Shown piece after piece: positions 39,384 through 48,528 of a DNA stretch of 64,000 nt. A program made the position numbers and the translations under genes. Source of the DNA: a virus; the IMG/VR virus record IMGVR_UViG_3300006802_000073, positions 32,001 through 96,000 of that record; one strand, 5' to 3'. The notes under the pieces are model-generated. The model searched no databases and was not told where the DNA came from. It saw only the letters and a program-made list of their open reading frames with translations. Numbering within the stretch: the stretch's first letter is position 1; every line of letters begins with the position of its first letter.

Positions 39384-40401
39384 TATCTGAATCAGAGTTC
39401 ACCATATTAGTTTGACTCATCTTATAGGTTTGTTCAATATATTGCTTAAATTCATTTGATTCTATAATAGAAGACCAAAATTCTTTTGTATAGGTATCTT
39501 TTTGTCTATATTTGGAAGTATCTCCTGCTTTTTGATACCATCCATTGCTAGGTTTAGTAACAAATCCACCTTCAAGGGCGATATCAAGTAATCCTGACCA
39601 TTTGCTAATGCCACCTTCAAATGATACCTCAACAGGAATTTTTGATTTTTCTCGCACATGACGAGATTTCTCTACATTGATAATAAACTTATAACCTGTA
39701 AGCTCAGAACCATCTTTTTCTTGTTGTCGTCCGATAATATAGATGTTATCACTACCATAATATGCACCGGTTCCTCCACCTACAATATCTTTAGGAAACA
39801 TACCAATTTCTTTATAAGTATGATTAACTACAATCATAGGGATATTTTTAATTGTCAGATGTGGAGTAACCATTCTAAATAAAGACTTTAATTGTTTTGC
39901 TCTAGACATATCAGCAACAGATTTACCTTCTAAAGCATCTTCAACCTCTTTCTTTGATGCAAGATTACCGATAGAGTCAATTACAACTATAACACGATCA
40001 TTTCTATTAATATTAGATAATTGAGACATTACATCATGTTTTAATTGCTCAATATCTGTAATCGGAGTATGTAAAACTTTATCTGTATCAATACCAAATG
40101 ATTTAAAATATGTTTGTGGAGAGCCAAATTCTGAATCATAAAACAATACAACAGCATCTTCATATTTGGTAAGATAAGATTTAGCTAACATCAAGGAGAA
40201 AGCACTTTTAAAATGTTTTGAAGGTCCTGCAAACATAGTAAGACCTGGTGCTAATCCTCCATCTAAACTACCAGATAAAGCAACATTTAAAATTGGAATT
40301 GGTGTAGGAATTAAATCCTTTTCAATGAAGAATTTCGATTCAGTGAGAATTTCTGATTCTTTAATTGTAGATGATTTTTTTAATTTTTCTAGTAATGACA
40401 T
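39355..40401 (-). CDS. uvsX: RecA-like recombinase UvsX
   Basis: GPSKHFKS, YDSEFG, DSIGNLASKKE. Confidence 0.96.
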   Translation of the reverse strand: MSLLEKLKKSSTIKESEILTESKFFIEKDLIPTPIPILNVALSGSLDGGLAPGLTMFAGPSKHFKSAFSLMLAKSYLTKYEDAVVLFYDSEFGSPQTYFKSFGIDTDKVLHTPITDIEQLKHDVMSQLSNINRNDRVIVVIDSIGNLASKKEVEDALEGKSVADMSRAKQLKSLFRMVTPHLTIKNIPMIVVNHTYKEIGMFPKDIVGGGTGAYYGSDNIYIIGRQQEKDGSELTGYKFIINVEKSRHVREKSKIPVEVSFEGGISKWSGLLDIALEGGFVTKPSNGWYQKAGDTSKYRQKDTYTKEFWSSIIESNEFKQYIEQTYKMSQTNMVNSDSDIDEEYENVE

Positions 40402-40409
40402 AACATTTC

Positions 40410-42902
40410 CTATGCGAAAAGAGATTCTAAACTAGCTTGTGGTCTAGCACTCCAACCTAAGCCTTGTAAAATTGTATTAATAGGTTCGATAAAAGATTTC
40501 TCAAACATTGTATCATAATCTACATAATCCGACAATGCTAATTCATCCGGAAGTTTTGACATAAACGCAATACAGTTTTCACTAATAGGATTGGGATCTT
40601 TCAAATAAAGAAACTTAATCTTATCTCCCTCTTGTATTTGTTCATACTTTTTATCTAAACGTTTCTTCTTTAAATAAAAGTTATATAACAAAGAGCCTCT
40701 CACATGCATAGGAGTTGCCAATTTATAAATTTTAGCACTATCGGTATATTTTTCTAATCCATTTACTCCACGAGGAAAAGCAATTTCATTTGAGGGAAGC
40801 TTCTTAAAATTAACTTCCAATTCCTCAATAAATTTATGTAAATCAGATTCTGTTTTTGTTAATGCAATCTTCACTGCTTCTTTTAATGCATCACGTACAG
40901 GCTCTGGTGTAGATGAACGAACAATTTCTAAACCCATAACTTTTAATTTGGGTTCTTCATATCTTACACCCTCATTATCATAAACATTCAACGCATAACG
41001 TTTCTTTGCTACCCAGATACCTCTATCACTAATAGCCTCACGCTTAAAATAAACCTTTTTATCAAAAGCATTTGTATATGCAGCCAATTCATCACATGCT
41101 GCATTAATAACTTGTACTATTTTATCTTCGCAGATCTTATCTAAAGAATTGATAAGTTTTTCTTTTGTTAGATTAGGTAAGAACTTTTTAACAAGAGGAT
41201 CTAATGTAATATAACATGAATCTGTATCACCATAAAACGCATAATCATGCTCTTCTGTTTTACAGATTTTATTCAGATAAACATTTAATGCTCTAGCTAC
41301 TTGTTGAATGATGTATTGACCTGTAATAGTAATACCTTCAGCAATTCTATCATCATAAAGACGAAACCATTCATTAGCCATAGCTCCAAATAGAGAATTT
41401 AGTTGAATCTTTCTTGCCATCTGAAAATTGTTATATTTAGCAATATCTTTTTGATATTTTTTATCTTTTGTTTCTTCATATTTCTTTTGTGCTGAAATCA
41501 TCTCTTTCTTATAGCGTTGTCTATCATCAAATAACTTTTGGACGATCTCAGGAAATAGTCCTTGTTTGCTGTTATCATAACAATATCCATTTGCTGCCAT
41601 ACAAATATTTTTTGTGATGAGATTTGTTGTATCATATCTTTCTTCTAACATTCCTTCAACAGTGGTATCATATGTAAGATTTACCATTGTTTCTGGTGAC
41701 ATATTATATTGCATAATAATAGATGGATAAAGTGATGTTGCATCAAAAGATACAACCCAATCATATTTTCCTGGACGAGGTTCTTTTACATATGCACCAA
41801 CAATTTGTCTACCCTTCTGATTAGAATCTCTCTGATGAACAACGATATTCTTATTCCAGCAATGATTATAGAGGATACAATCCCATGTACGGACTGCAGA
41901 AAAGATATCTGTAAAATTACATTTGGCATCATATGCCATAGTGATAATTAGTTCGATAAGTTTCATCTTATCTTCCAATTCATCTACTAGTTCAACGTCA
42001 ATTACATTATAATCAGTAAATTTTTGCCAATTTTTTGTATAAAATTCTTTAAAAGTATCATATTCATCATGAGAAAGTTTTTGTTTTCCCAATTCAACTT
42101 TAGCAATATAATCTAACTTATATGATTCTCTAGCAGTATAAGTAAACTTCTTATATAGATCTAAGTAATCTAAAGTTGAGATACCGACTAATTCAAATGA
42201 TGTTATCCGTTTATCATTGCGAGTAAAAGATTTGTCTTTGATGATATTCCATGGTGACAGTTTCTTTGATGCACCTTCACCTTTTAATCTTTCAATACGA
42301 TTGATAAGATAAGGGATGTCAAATATATCGCAGTTCCATCCGGTGATAACATCAGGATATGCTGTTTCAAAGAATTCGATAAATTTAGAAAGTAATGTGT
42401 ATTCATCTTTGCAAAGAATATATCTATGGTTTGATCGAGTAATTTTATAGGGGTTACATCCAAAAGTAATTAATTCTTTAGATGTATAATCTCTTACTGT
42501 AATGAGAATAACTTTCTCAATAGGATTATCTACATCTGGAAATCCATTATCTGCTGTTGTTTCAATATCGATAGAATAGATGCGTATTTGTGAGATATCA
42601 AATTGTATCTCATTTTTATAATTCTCAGTTATATATTGATATGCAAAATTTGTATTACCGAAGATATGAAAATTATCTACATCAGAATACATCTTTATAT
42701 ATTCTTTTGTATCATTTATATCTGAAAACTTGATAGGCTCTAGAATATCTCCAAAGAGAGATTTATATTGTGAAACATTTTTTGTTTTAACGAAGAGAGT
42801 AGGTGAAAAAGAATCTTTATACATAAAAGGCATACCTCTATCTATACCACGATAGAGGATCTTATTGCCATATTGTATTACACTAGTATAAAATTTTTGC
42901 AT
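40410..42902 (-). CDS. 43: B-family DNA polymerase (gp43)
   Basis: DIET exonuclease, DATSLYPS, KIQLNSLFG, YGDTDS, KKRY. Confidence 0.97.
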   Translation of the reverse strand: MQKFYTSVIQYGNKILYRGIDRGMPFMYKDSFSPTLFVKTKNVSQYKSLFGDILEPIKFSDINDTKEYIKMYSDVDNFHIFGNTNFAYQYITENYKNEIQFDISQIRIYSIDIETTADNGFPDVDNPIEKVILITVRDYTSKELITFGCNPYKITRSNHRYILCKDEYTLLSKFIEFFETAYPDVITGWNCDIFDIPYLINRIERLKGEGASKKLSPWNIIKDKSFTRNDKRITSFELVGISTLDYLDLYKKFTYTARESYKLDYIAKVELGKQKLSHDEYDTFKEFYTKNWQKFTDYNVIDVELVDELEDKMKLIELIITMAYDAKCNFTDIFSAVRTWDCILYNHCWNKNIVVHQRDSNQKGRQIVGAYVKEPRPGKYDWVVSFDATSLYPSIIMQYNMSPETMVNLTYDTTVEGMLEERYDTTNLITKNICMAANGYCYDNSKQGLFPEIVQKLFDDRQRYKKEMISAQKKYEETKDKKYQKDIAKYNNFQMARKIQLNSLFGAMANEWFRLYDDRIAEGITITGQYIIQQVARALNVYLNKICKTEEHDYAFYGDTDSCYITLDPLVKKFLPNLTKEKLINSLDKICEDKIVQVINAACDELAAYTNAFDKKVYFKREAISDRGIWVAKKRYALNVYDNEGVRYEEPKLKVMGLEIVRSSTPEPVRDALKEAVKIALTKTESDLHKFIEELEVNFKKLPSNEIAFPRGVNGLEKYTDSAKIYKLATPMHVRGSLLYNFYLKKKRLDKKYEQIQEGDKIKFLYLKDPNPISENCIAFMSKLPDELALSDYVDYDTMFEKSFIEPINTILQGLGWSARPQASLESLFA

Positions 42903-43084
42903 ATAAAGCTCTATACATCTAAATCTTTTTCTTTAGTTCTCACTTTTCGTTTTGCATGGTCTTCTTCTGATAGTTGTGCACTAATTGCCAAAGATTTATA
43001 GATACTTCTATCTTGCTTCAACATTGTTGCTAATAACCTCTTAGTGGTCTTTGAAAGTTTAAATGTGGAGGTAGCTTTCATTTA

Positions 43085-43513
43085 TTACTCCTGTAAATTA
43101 AGTAAATCAACGTTTACATTTGCTTCTTTAAATAATTTTTCTGATAACTCAAAACTTGTTTTCCATCTAGGTGAATCAGAGATTAACGAACATACACGAG
43201 TTATTCCTGATTGTATCACAATAGAGGCGCATCTTGAACATGGCATAAAGGGAAAAGTATAAAGTGTACAATTTTCTAAAGATCTTTGTGCAAAAAGAAT
43301 AGCATTAATCTCTCCATGAATGATAATCTCCAACTTTTCTTCTCTATTATTATAACGAGAAGAATGATCATGAACTGCTCGTGGAAATCCGTTATAACCA
43401 GTTGAAACAATTCTACGATTAGAATCTACAATAACAGCACCTACTTTTGTAGAAGGATCTTTAGACCATGAAGAAATTTCTTTTGCTAATTTCAAAAATC
43501 TTTCATCCCACAT
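43085..43513 (-). CDS. cd: dCMP deaminase
   Basis: SKDPSTKVGA, GYNG, HGE, PCSRC. Confidence 0.9.
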   Translation of the reverse strand: MWDERFLKLAKEISSWSKDPSTKVGAVIVDSNRRIVSTGYNGFPRAVHDHSSRYNNREEKLEIIIHGEINAILFAQRSLENCTLYTFPFMPCSRCASIVIQSGITRVCSLISDSPRWKTSFELSEKLFKEANVNVDLLNLQE

Positions 43514-43515
43514 AT

Positions 43516-43860
43516 TTACCCTCTACGCATTCTAGAAATTTCTTTAGCTTCATCAGTTGAAAAAATAGGTACAGCATTACTTTTATGCAATGTACCAATT
43601 CCAATCATAGCATCACCGGTATAGATGGGAATTGGTTTTTTAAATGTATCACCGTTAGATGATGTTATCGAAGGCAAAGATTTATAAACAGATGCGTCTG
43701 TACGAATAATAGGAGATGGTTGTACTTTCAATGGAGTGAAACTTGATCTCCTTTTTTCGATAGTGCCACCAATAGTTTGTTGAGATTTAATCCAACGGTC
43801 TTTTTGCTTTTGTTTCTGTTTACGTGTAAGTTTAGAACTCTGATTAGTATAGATCAACAT
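43516..43860 (-). CDS. Conserved T4-like hypothetical protein
   Basis: YTGDAMIGIGTLHKSNAVPIF...MRRG. Confidence 0.65.
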   Translation of the reverse strand: MLIYTNQSSKLTRKQKQKQKDRWIKSQQTIGGTIEKRRSSFTPLKVQPSPIIRTDASVYKSLPSITSSNGDTFKKPIPIYTGDAMIGIGTLHKSNAVPIFSTDEAKEISRMRRG

Positions 43861-43863
43861 ATA

Positions 43864-44070
43864 TCACCAATATCCATCACCAGCAGATGCAACATATTGA
43901 TAAACCTTCACAGGATTTTCTTCCCATGCTTCAGCTGGTGTTTTACCTAAAAAATGAGAATTTTTTCTTTGCCACCATTCTTCAACATTTCTATCTCCAA
44001 GAAGAGCAACTAAATACGCATTGGTTTCACGCAACATTCTTTTCTTTTCAAGCTTATCTCGATCTAACAT
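43864..44070 (-). CDS. Small protein resembling the Xre/MbcA/ParS antitoxin C-terminal domain
   Basis: LLG...VEEWW..KN..FLGKTP; promoter at 44091..44119. Confidence 0.5.
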   Translation of the reverse strand: MLDRDKLEKKRMLRETNAYLVALLGDRNVEEWWQRKNSHFLGKTPAEAWEENPVKVYQYVASAGDGYW

Positions 44071-44132
44071 AATGATCTCCTATAAATACAATTATAATAA
44101 AATAATTTGTTTATGTCAAGTGGAATTTATAT

Positions 44133-44405
44133 ATGAAAAAGGAACGTATAACTAAAAATTTACGTAGAATGGTTATAGAGCGTGATGGACAAAGATGTGT
44201 CTTTTGTGGAGTTGATTTAGAGATCAATGAGATACAATTGGATCATGTTATACCGGAAAGCCAAGGAGGATCAACATCGTTTGGTAATCTTCAAGTAACA
44301 TGTAAAAAATGTAATACAGAAAAAGGTGTTCTAACTGAAGAACAGTTTCTTAACAAATTAAGAACACGAGCAATTAATATTCTCAATCGTATTGGTTATA
44401 CTTAA
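44133..44405 (+). CDS. HNH endonuclease
   Basis: RDGQRCVFCG...LDHVIP..GG...NLQVTCKKCN..KG; TATAAATA at 44081. Confidence 0.9.
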   Translation: MKKERITKNLRRMVIERDGQRCVFCGVDLEINEIQLDHVIPESQGGSTSFGNLQVTCKKCNTEKGVLTEEQFLNKLRTRAINILNRIGYT

Positions 44406-44407
44406 AT

Positions 44408-44719
44408 CTAAGTATGCTCTATAATCTTAATACCAGCAGCTTTAAGCGCACTCTGACAGATTAGACATGGTTTAGCTAACATTGGATTCCCCTTTTTATC
44501 CCATCGACTCACAAAAATTTTATATGCTCTATGTAATTGTTTACACCGTACTATAGAATGAATCTCTGCATGTAGAAACATCTTTTCATGTAGACCAACT
44601 TCATTAGCATATTTTGCTTGCATTGGATGTGTCTTAAGGTATTGGTTTTTGCCTACTGACAACACTCTACCACGTTTATCATAAATTATAGCAGTGATAT
44701 TTTGCTTAGTTTTCGACAT
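44408..44719 (-). CDS. Cytidine/CMP deaminase-like protein
   Basis: LHAE...AKPCLIC. Confidence 0.7.
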   Translation of the reverse strand: MSKTKQNITAIIYDKRGRVLSVGKNQYLKTHPMQAKYANEVGLHEKMFLHAEIHSIVRCKQLHRAYKIFVSRWDKKGNPMLAKPCLICQSALKAAGIKIIEHT

Positions 44720-44858
44720 TCTTTTTCAACGACCTTTCCTTAATCAATGCAATGACTGCAAAAACGCACGAAAGAAGAAAATAATTCGTGTTACCTGTTG
44801 CTAGAAATGTAAGTGTAAGAATTATAATGATAGTATAAAGAATGATAAGCCCCATGAA

Positions 44859-45119
44859 TTAACTCCTTTCAGGAAAAAGTGTATCAAACACATATTGTGG
44901 TCCATATGTACTGAAGATTTTTGCCATTTCACTACCCTTATACGACCAAATTCCACAGTTCAATCCATCAGCAAGAAACCCCCAACTATGACTAACCTTA
45001 TCAGGATCATCTTCTACATTAGGGGGAAACCCTAAGATATTTTCAATCTCATCTGCACTATAACCTCTAATAGTGCCAGTACGATATGGGCCAGTGATAT
45101 TTACGGGCATAATATTCAT
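44859..45119 (-). CDS. Small early protein
   Basis: Own promoter (45153..45180) and RBS; DDPDKV..SW. Confidence 0.6.
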   Translation of the reverse strand: MNIMPVNITGPYRTGTIRGYSADEIENILGFPPNVEDDPDKVSHSWGFLADGLNCGIWSYKGSEMAKIFSTYGPQYVFDTLFPERS

Positions 45120-45152
45120 TGTCTAGCTCCTTGTCATCAACAGTATACCGTC

Positions 45153-45180
45153 ATTATACAGAAATCTAACTAAATGTCAA
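45153..45180 (-). promoter_or_regulatory. Sigma70-like early promoter
   Basis: TTGACA-16nt-TATAAT. Confidence 0.8.
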
Positions 45181-45189
45181 GCAGAATTT

Positions 45190-45315
45190 TTACCCAGACA
45201 CAGACCTAGACCTAGACCTAGACCTAGACCAAGACCCAGACACAGACCTAGACCCAGACCTAGACCTAGACTCAGACCTAGACCTAGAGTATTTTTGTAA
45301 TCTAGAACGAATCAT
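45190..45315 (-). CDS. 41-aa Ser-Arg dipeptide repeat peptide (not in ORF track)
   Basis: MIRSRLQKYSRSRSESRSRSGSRSVSGSWSRSRSRSRSVSG; ATGA overlap with the upstream gene. Confidence 0.6.
   Translation of the reverse strand: MIRSRLQKYSRSRSESRSRSGSRSVSGSWSRSRSRSRSVSG
45193..45288. repeat. Hexamer tandem repeat (CCTAGA)n with variants, 16 units
   Basis: Visible directly; AGA is invariant in every unit. Confidence 0.95.
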
Positions 45316-45575
45316 TTTAGAATACCAAAACTTTCAATAGTTGAAATTTGCACATACCAGTCATTGGGTAATTTTTGTGCATCTCTCCAATTCTTTTCAG
45401 AAAAAGAACCGGTTTCGTAAACGATTGCTGCATCTTCTAATAGAACACAAGAATCGTTCACACCTACGAGTTTGCCTGTGTAGATATAATTCATACAGAA
45501 TAATGTTACACGCTCACCCATTAGCTTAACAAGACCTTCGCCTGCAACTTCAGTCACATTTACAATCTTTTTCAT
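45312..45575 (-). CDS. Sm/LSm-like small beta-barrel protein
   Basis: L..LMGERVTL...YTGKLVGVNDSCVLLEDA resembles the Sm1 motif; WYVQISTIESF resembles Sm2. Confidence 0.55.
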   Translation of the reverse strand: MKKIVNVTEVAGEGLVKLMGERVTLFCMNYIYTGKLVGVNDSCVLLEDAAIVYETGSFSEKNWRDAQKLPNDWYVQISTIESFGILK

Positions 45576-45966
45576 AATATATCTCCTAAATTAATATCGA
45601 GTACCAAACCGCCTATTATAAGCAGAATAAAAATTAATAATAAAGTCCTCTACATCAGAGGTTTTTAGATCGGATGTATTGGTCATCCAATCCATTCTCC
45701 CCAAAAAGAATGCATAAGCTGACCTCGGTCCACCACCAGGACCATCATGTATAATCTGCAAATAATCCAGTGTCTGATCATCAAACTCAATCATTATTGA
45801 TTCTCCAATATATCGGCAGTATAATCACCGTAAAGATAACTCAAAGTTTTCCAGACTGAATCCTTGACAGAATTATATTCTCGATGATTAGTGTAGATCC
45901 ACTTGAAGAACGCATCGTCACCTCGTTCCTCTGCATACTTTTCTGCACGAATCAAAAAGTCCATTA

Positions 45967-46200
45967 TTAGATAGCCCCCTTAAGAATTTTCTCAACCAAC
46001 TTTTGCTCTATTTCTTGAGCAGACTTGAGCATGCTCTCAATCAACTCTTTCTGATTCTTCTTAGACAGCTTAGGTAAAAGATGAATAATGACGCTTTCCA
46101 GATATCCTGCCTCAAACCCATATGATTTGTAATACCTACTAGCAGAATCGCTAAAACATTTAAGAACATTATTCAACGTTTCTTGATTTTCAGTGTACAT
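45967..46200 (-). CDS. Small early protein
   Basis: Own promoter 46231..46258 and RBS; AGYLES motif. Confidence 0.6.
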   Translation of the reverse strand: MYTENQETLNNVLKCFSDSASRYYKSYGFEAGYLESVIIHLLPKLSKKNQKELIESMLKSAQEIEQKLVEKILKGAI

Positions 46201-46230
46201 TCAGAACTCCTCATCAACGATTCAGACTTA

Positions 46231-46258
46231 ATTATACATGAATCTAACTAAATGTCAA
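46231..46258 (-). promoter_or_regulatory. Sigma70-like early promoter
   Basis: TTGACA-16nt-TATAAT. Confidence 0.8.
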
Positions 46259-46279
46259 GCGTTTTTTGCATCAGCTAAC

Positions 46280-46486
46280 TCATTGATTTTCCGAAGTAAT
46301 TTCAGTTTCATCAATGAGAACACGCACTGTGGGTTCGCTCCTCCAACGTAATTGGACGGGGTTGTCTAAGTTAACAGTATATTGTACCTTGCCACCATAT
46401 TTTACACGGCTTGACTCAATGACACCAGAAACCATTACACCCAGATAATTGGCAGTAATGTGCTTACCATCTTTAATCCAGCCCAT
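46280..46486 (-). CDS. Small early protein
   Basis: Own promoter 46519..46546; SRVKYGGKVQYTV. Confidence 0.6.
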   Translation of the reverse strand: MGWIKDGKHITANYLGVMVSGVIESSRVKYGGKVQYTVNLDNPVQLRWRSEPTVRVLIDETEITSENQ

Positions 46487-46518
46487 TTACTTTTCCTTGT
46501 CATCAACAGTATACCGTT

Positions 46519-46546
46519 ATTATACATGGATCTAACTATCTGTCAA
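46519..46546 (-). promoter_or_regulatory. Sigma70-like early promoter
   Basis: TTGACA-16nt-TATAAT. Confidence 0.8.
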
Positions 46547-46589
46547 GCAGTTTCTTACACCAGCTAACTCATTGATTTACAAGTATTTT

Positions 46590-47252
46590 TCAATCCCACA
46601 AGCTCTGATAGTATTTTCCGAACAATCTTAAACCGTTATCGATTCTATCTTGATGCTTTTTTGTACCTTCCCAATCACATTCACCTTTTACCTTCCAACG
46701 AATTGGTATAGTTTCTTTTCCTTCATCCTCTGGATAATCTTCAAGATCTAATTCAGGTTTTACTAACCAATATTGATCTGCCCAATCAATATTAAGTTGT
46801 TCAAATGCCCAAATCATCTCTTCTAAAACCCAATCCCAACGATCATGAACATCACATTGAATATTTTGTTTGCATAGATCTGGATCATTGTAGAAATCAA
46901 ATGTTTCTTGGCATTCATAGTTTTCTGTTGTAGTAAATCGCATTTTTTCTGGAACATCATCTAGATCAACGATACCTGAACCATGTTTAGTATCTTTTAA
47001 TTGTTTCAGCATTGGAAGAATAATTAATGCTAGAGTAGAATCCATACCCCACGTATCGTATTTGTGTATATTAATTTTAATTTTTCTTTTCTTCTTACTA
47101 TAAATCCAAGTAAAGACTTTATTCACCCATGTTTTGGATAACCAGTCACCTACTGTATTGCAACGATCTTCACTTACACCGACTTTTTGTAAAAGATCTG
47201 CAAGTTGATAGGGACCAAAATAATCTTTGTAAGGTCCAATATATACTTTCAT
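46590..47252 (-). CDS. Conserved phage hypothetical protein
   Basis: YDTWGMDSTLA...GLRLFGKYYQSLWD. Confidence 0.7.
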   Translation of the reverse strand: MKVYIGPYKDYFGPYQLADLLQKVGVSEDRCNTVGDWLSKTWVNKVFTWIYSKKKRKIKINIHKYDTWGMDSTLALIILPMLKQLKDTKHGSGIVDLDDVPEKMRFTTTENYECQETFDFYNDPDLCKQNIQCDVHDRWDWVLEEMIWAFEQLNIDWADQYWLVKPELDLEDYPEDEGKETIPIRWKVKGECDWEGTKKHQDRIDNGLRLFGKYYQSLWD

Positions 47253-47798
47253 TTAATTATAATCCATGTAATATATGATATTGTTACAAATATCACAATC
47301 CATTCTATAACAGTAAATTTTTCTGTTAGTTTAAAATAGAAATTAGCAATCTTAATTTGCCACGGTTTCATGTGTTTATGTCAATTTTATTTTCATAATT
47401 CTCTTCAATTATACCTTTTGAATTGTAGAGAATATAGTTAATAAAATGTTTAGGTGAATTGTTATTAACGGAAATAAACTTATGTATTTCAGTTTCTTTA
47501 TCAGTTGTTCTTGTATAATTTGAAATAATTGTTATTGGTGTAATCGGATCAATCATTTTCTTCTTTTTTTATAGTTGTAGTAAATCGATCATTCCATTTA
47601 TTTTTAAGATTCCAATAATCTTTACAATGATCCTCAAACATTTCAAAAAGTTTTTCAAATTTCAAATTATAAAGACGTTCTATACCTAAAAGAATATTAG
47701 AAATTTCATCAACACTTAGATCACGCTCCAACACAGCTTCATTGAGCATTTTTAAATCTTCAACAATATTCCAACAATGCATTATACTTTGTTCTAGA

Positions 47799-48374
47799 TC
47801 AAAAATATCTTTCTTCATTTTTTTCTCCCTCTAAATCGTTTATATAATCAGCAACAGATTGTTCTCCATACAGTTCTTTGCCATGTTCTACACAAAGTGT
47901 ACGCATCCAACCCATATTGAACACATGAACATCTTTTGTTGTACCACATTGTTCACATACTGAATAACTAATACTTTCTACAATAGCAATCGTTTGATGT
48001 TGTTCATCAGTTGCAGATTGAACATAAAAACGTAGCCCACCATACTTTTCTTTAACTTGTAAGGCTACAGGAATATGACACTCATCTAATTCTTGTTTGC
48101 GTTTTTCTAGGTTTTCCTGAGTATATTTTTGATGATGCCATTCACGCCAAGCAGATTTATCTTTTACTTCGAGCATTTGTTTATAATGATCATAATCTTG
48201 CTTAGCTAGAGTATAATCACGCATTAGTTGCTGACAAAGAAAACGAATGATACTATACCAACCGTCACCAATATCAAAGCCCCAACACATTGCTGTAGAG
48301 CGTTTATCTGCATAGCGATTTTTGAAAATTTCAGGAAATTCTTTACACAGCTTTTGATCTAGATTAGGACTCAT
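47799..48374 (-). CDS. Conserved phage hypothetical protein
   Basis: GDGW...QVKEKYGGLRFY...CEQCG...WMRTLC..H. Confidence 0.7.
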   Translation of the reverse strand: MSPNLDQKLCKEFPEIFKNRYADKRSTAMCWGFDIGDGWYSIIRFLCQQLMRDYTLAKQDYDHYKQMLEVKDKSAWREWHHQKYTQENLEKRKQELDECHIPVALQVKEKYGGLRFYVQSATDEQHQTIAIVESISYSVCEQCGTTKDVHVFNMGWMRTLCVEHGKELYGEQSVADYINDLEGEKNEERYF

Positions 48375-48528
48375 TTTTCTTTCTTAAAGAGAACGAACCA
48401 TCGTTATTGTTAATCCATTCTATAGTATCGCCTATATTCCATCCTAAGGTTTCGCATATCTCATCGCCTAGTGGAAGTATCAGATCACCATTTTCATCTT
48501 GTTCTAGTTGAATTATTTTTTTCATCAT
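48364..48528 (-). CDS. AbrB/MazE-like DNA-binding protein (not in ORF track)
   Basis: GDLILPLGDEICETLGWNIGDTIEW. Confidence 0.6.
   Translation of the reverse strand: MMKKIIQLEQDENGDLILPLGDEICETLGWNIGDTIEWINNNDGSFSLRKKNES

Noticed and set aside
45193-45288. Repeat as CRISPR array or neutral microsatellite
   Set aside because: 6-nt period with no spacers; variation is codon-position-specific
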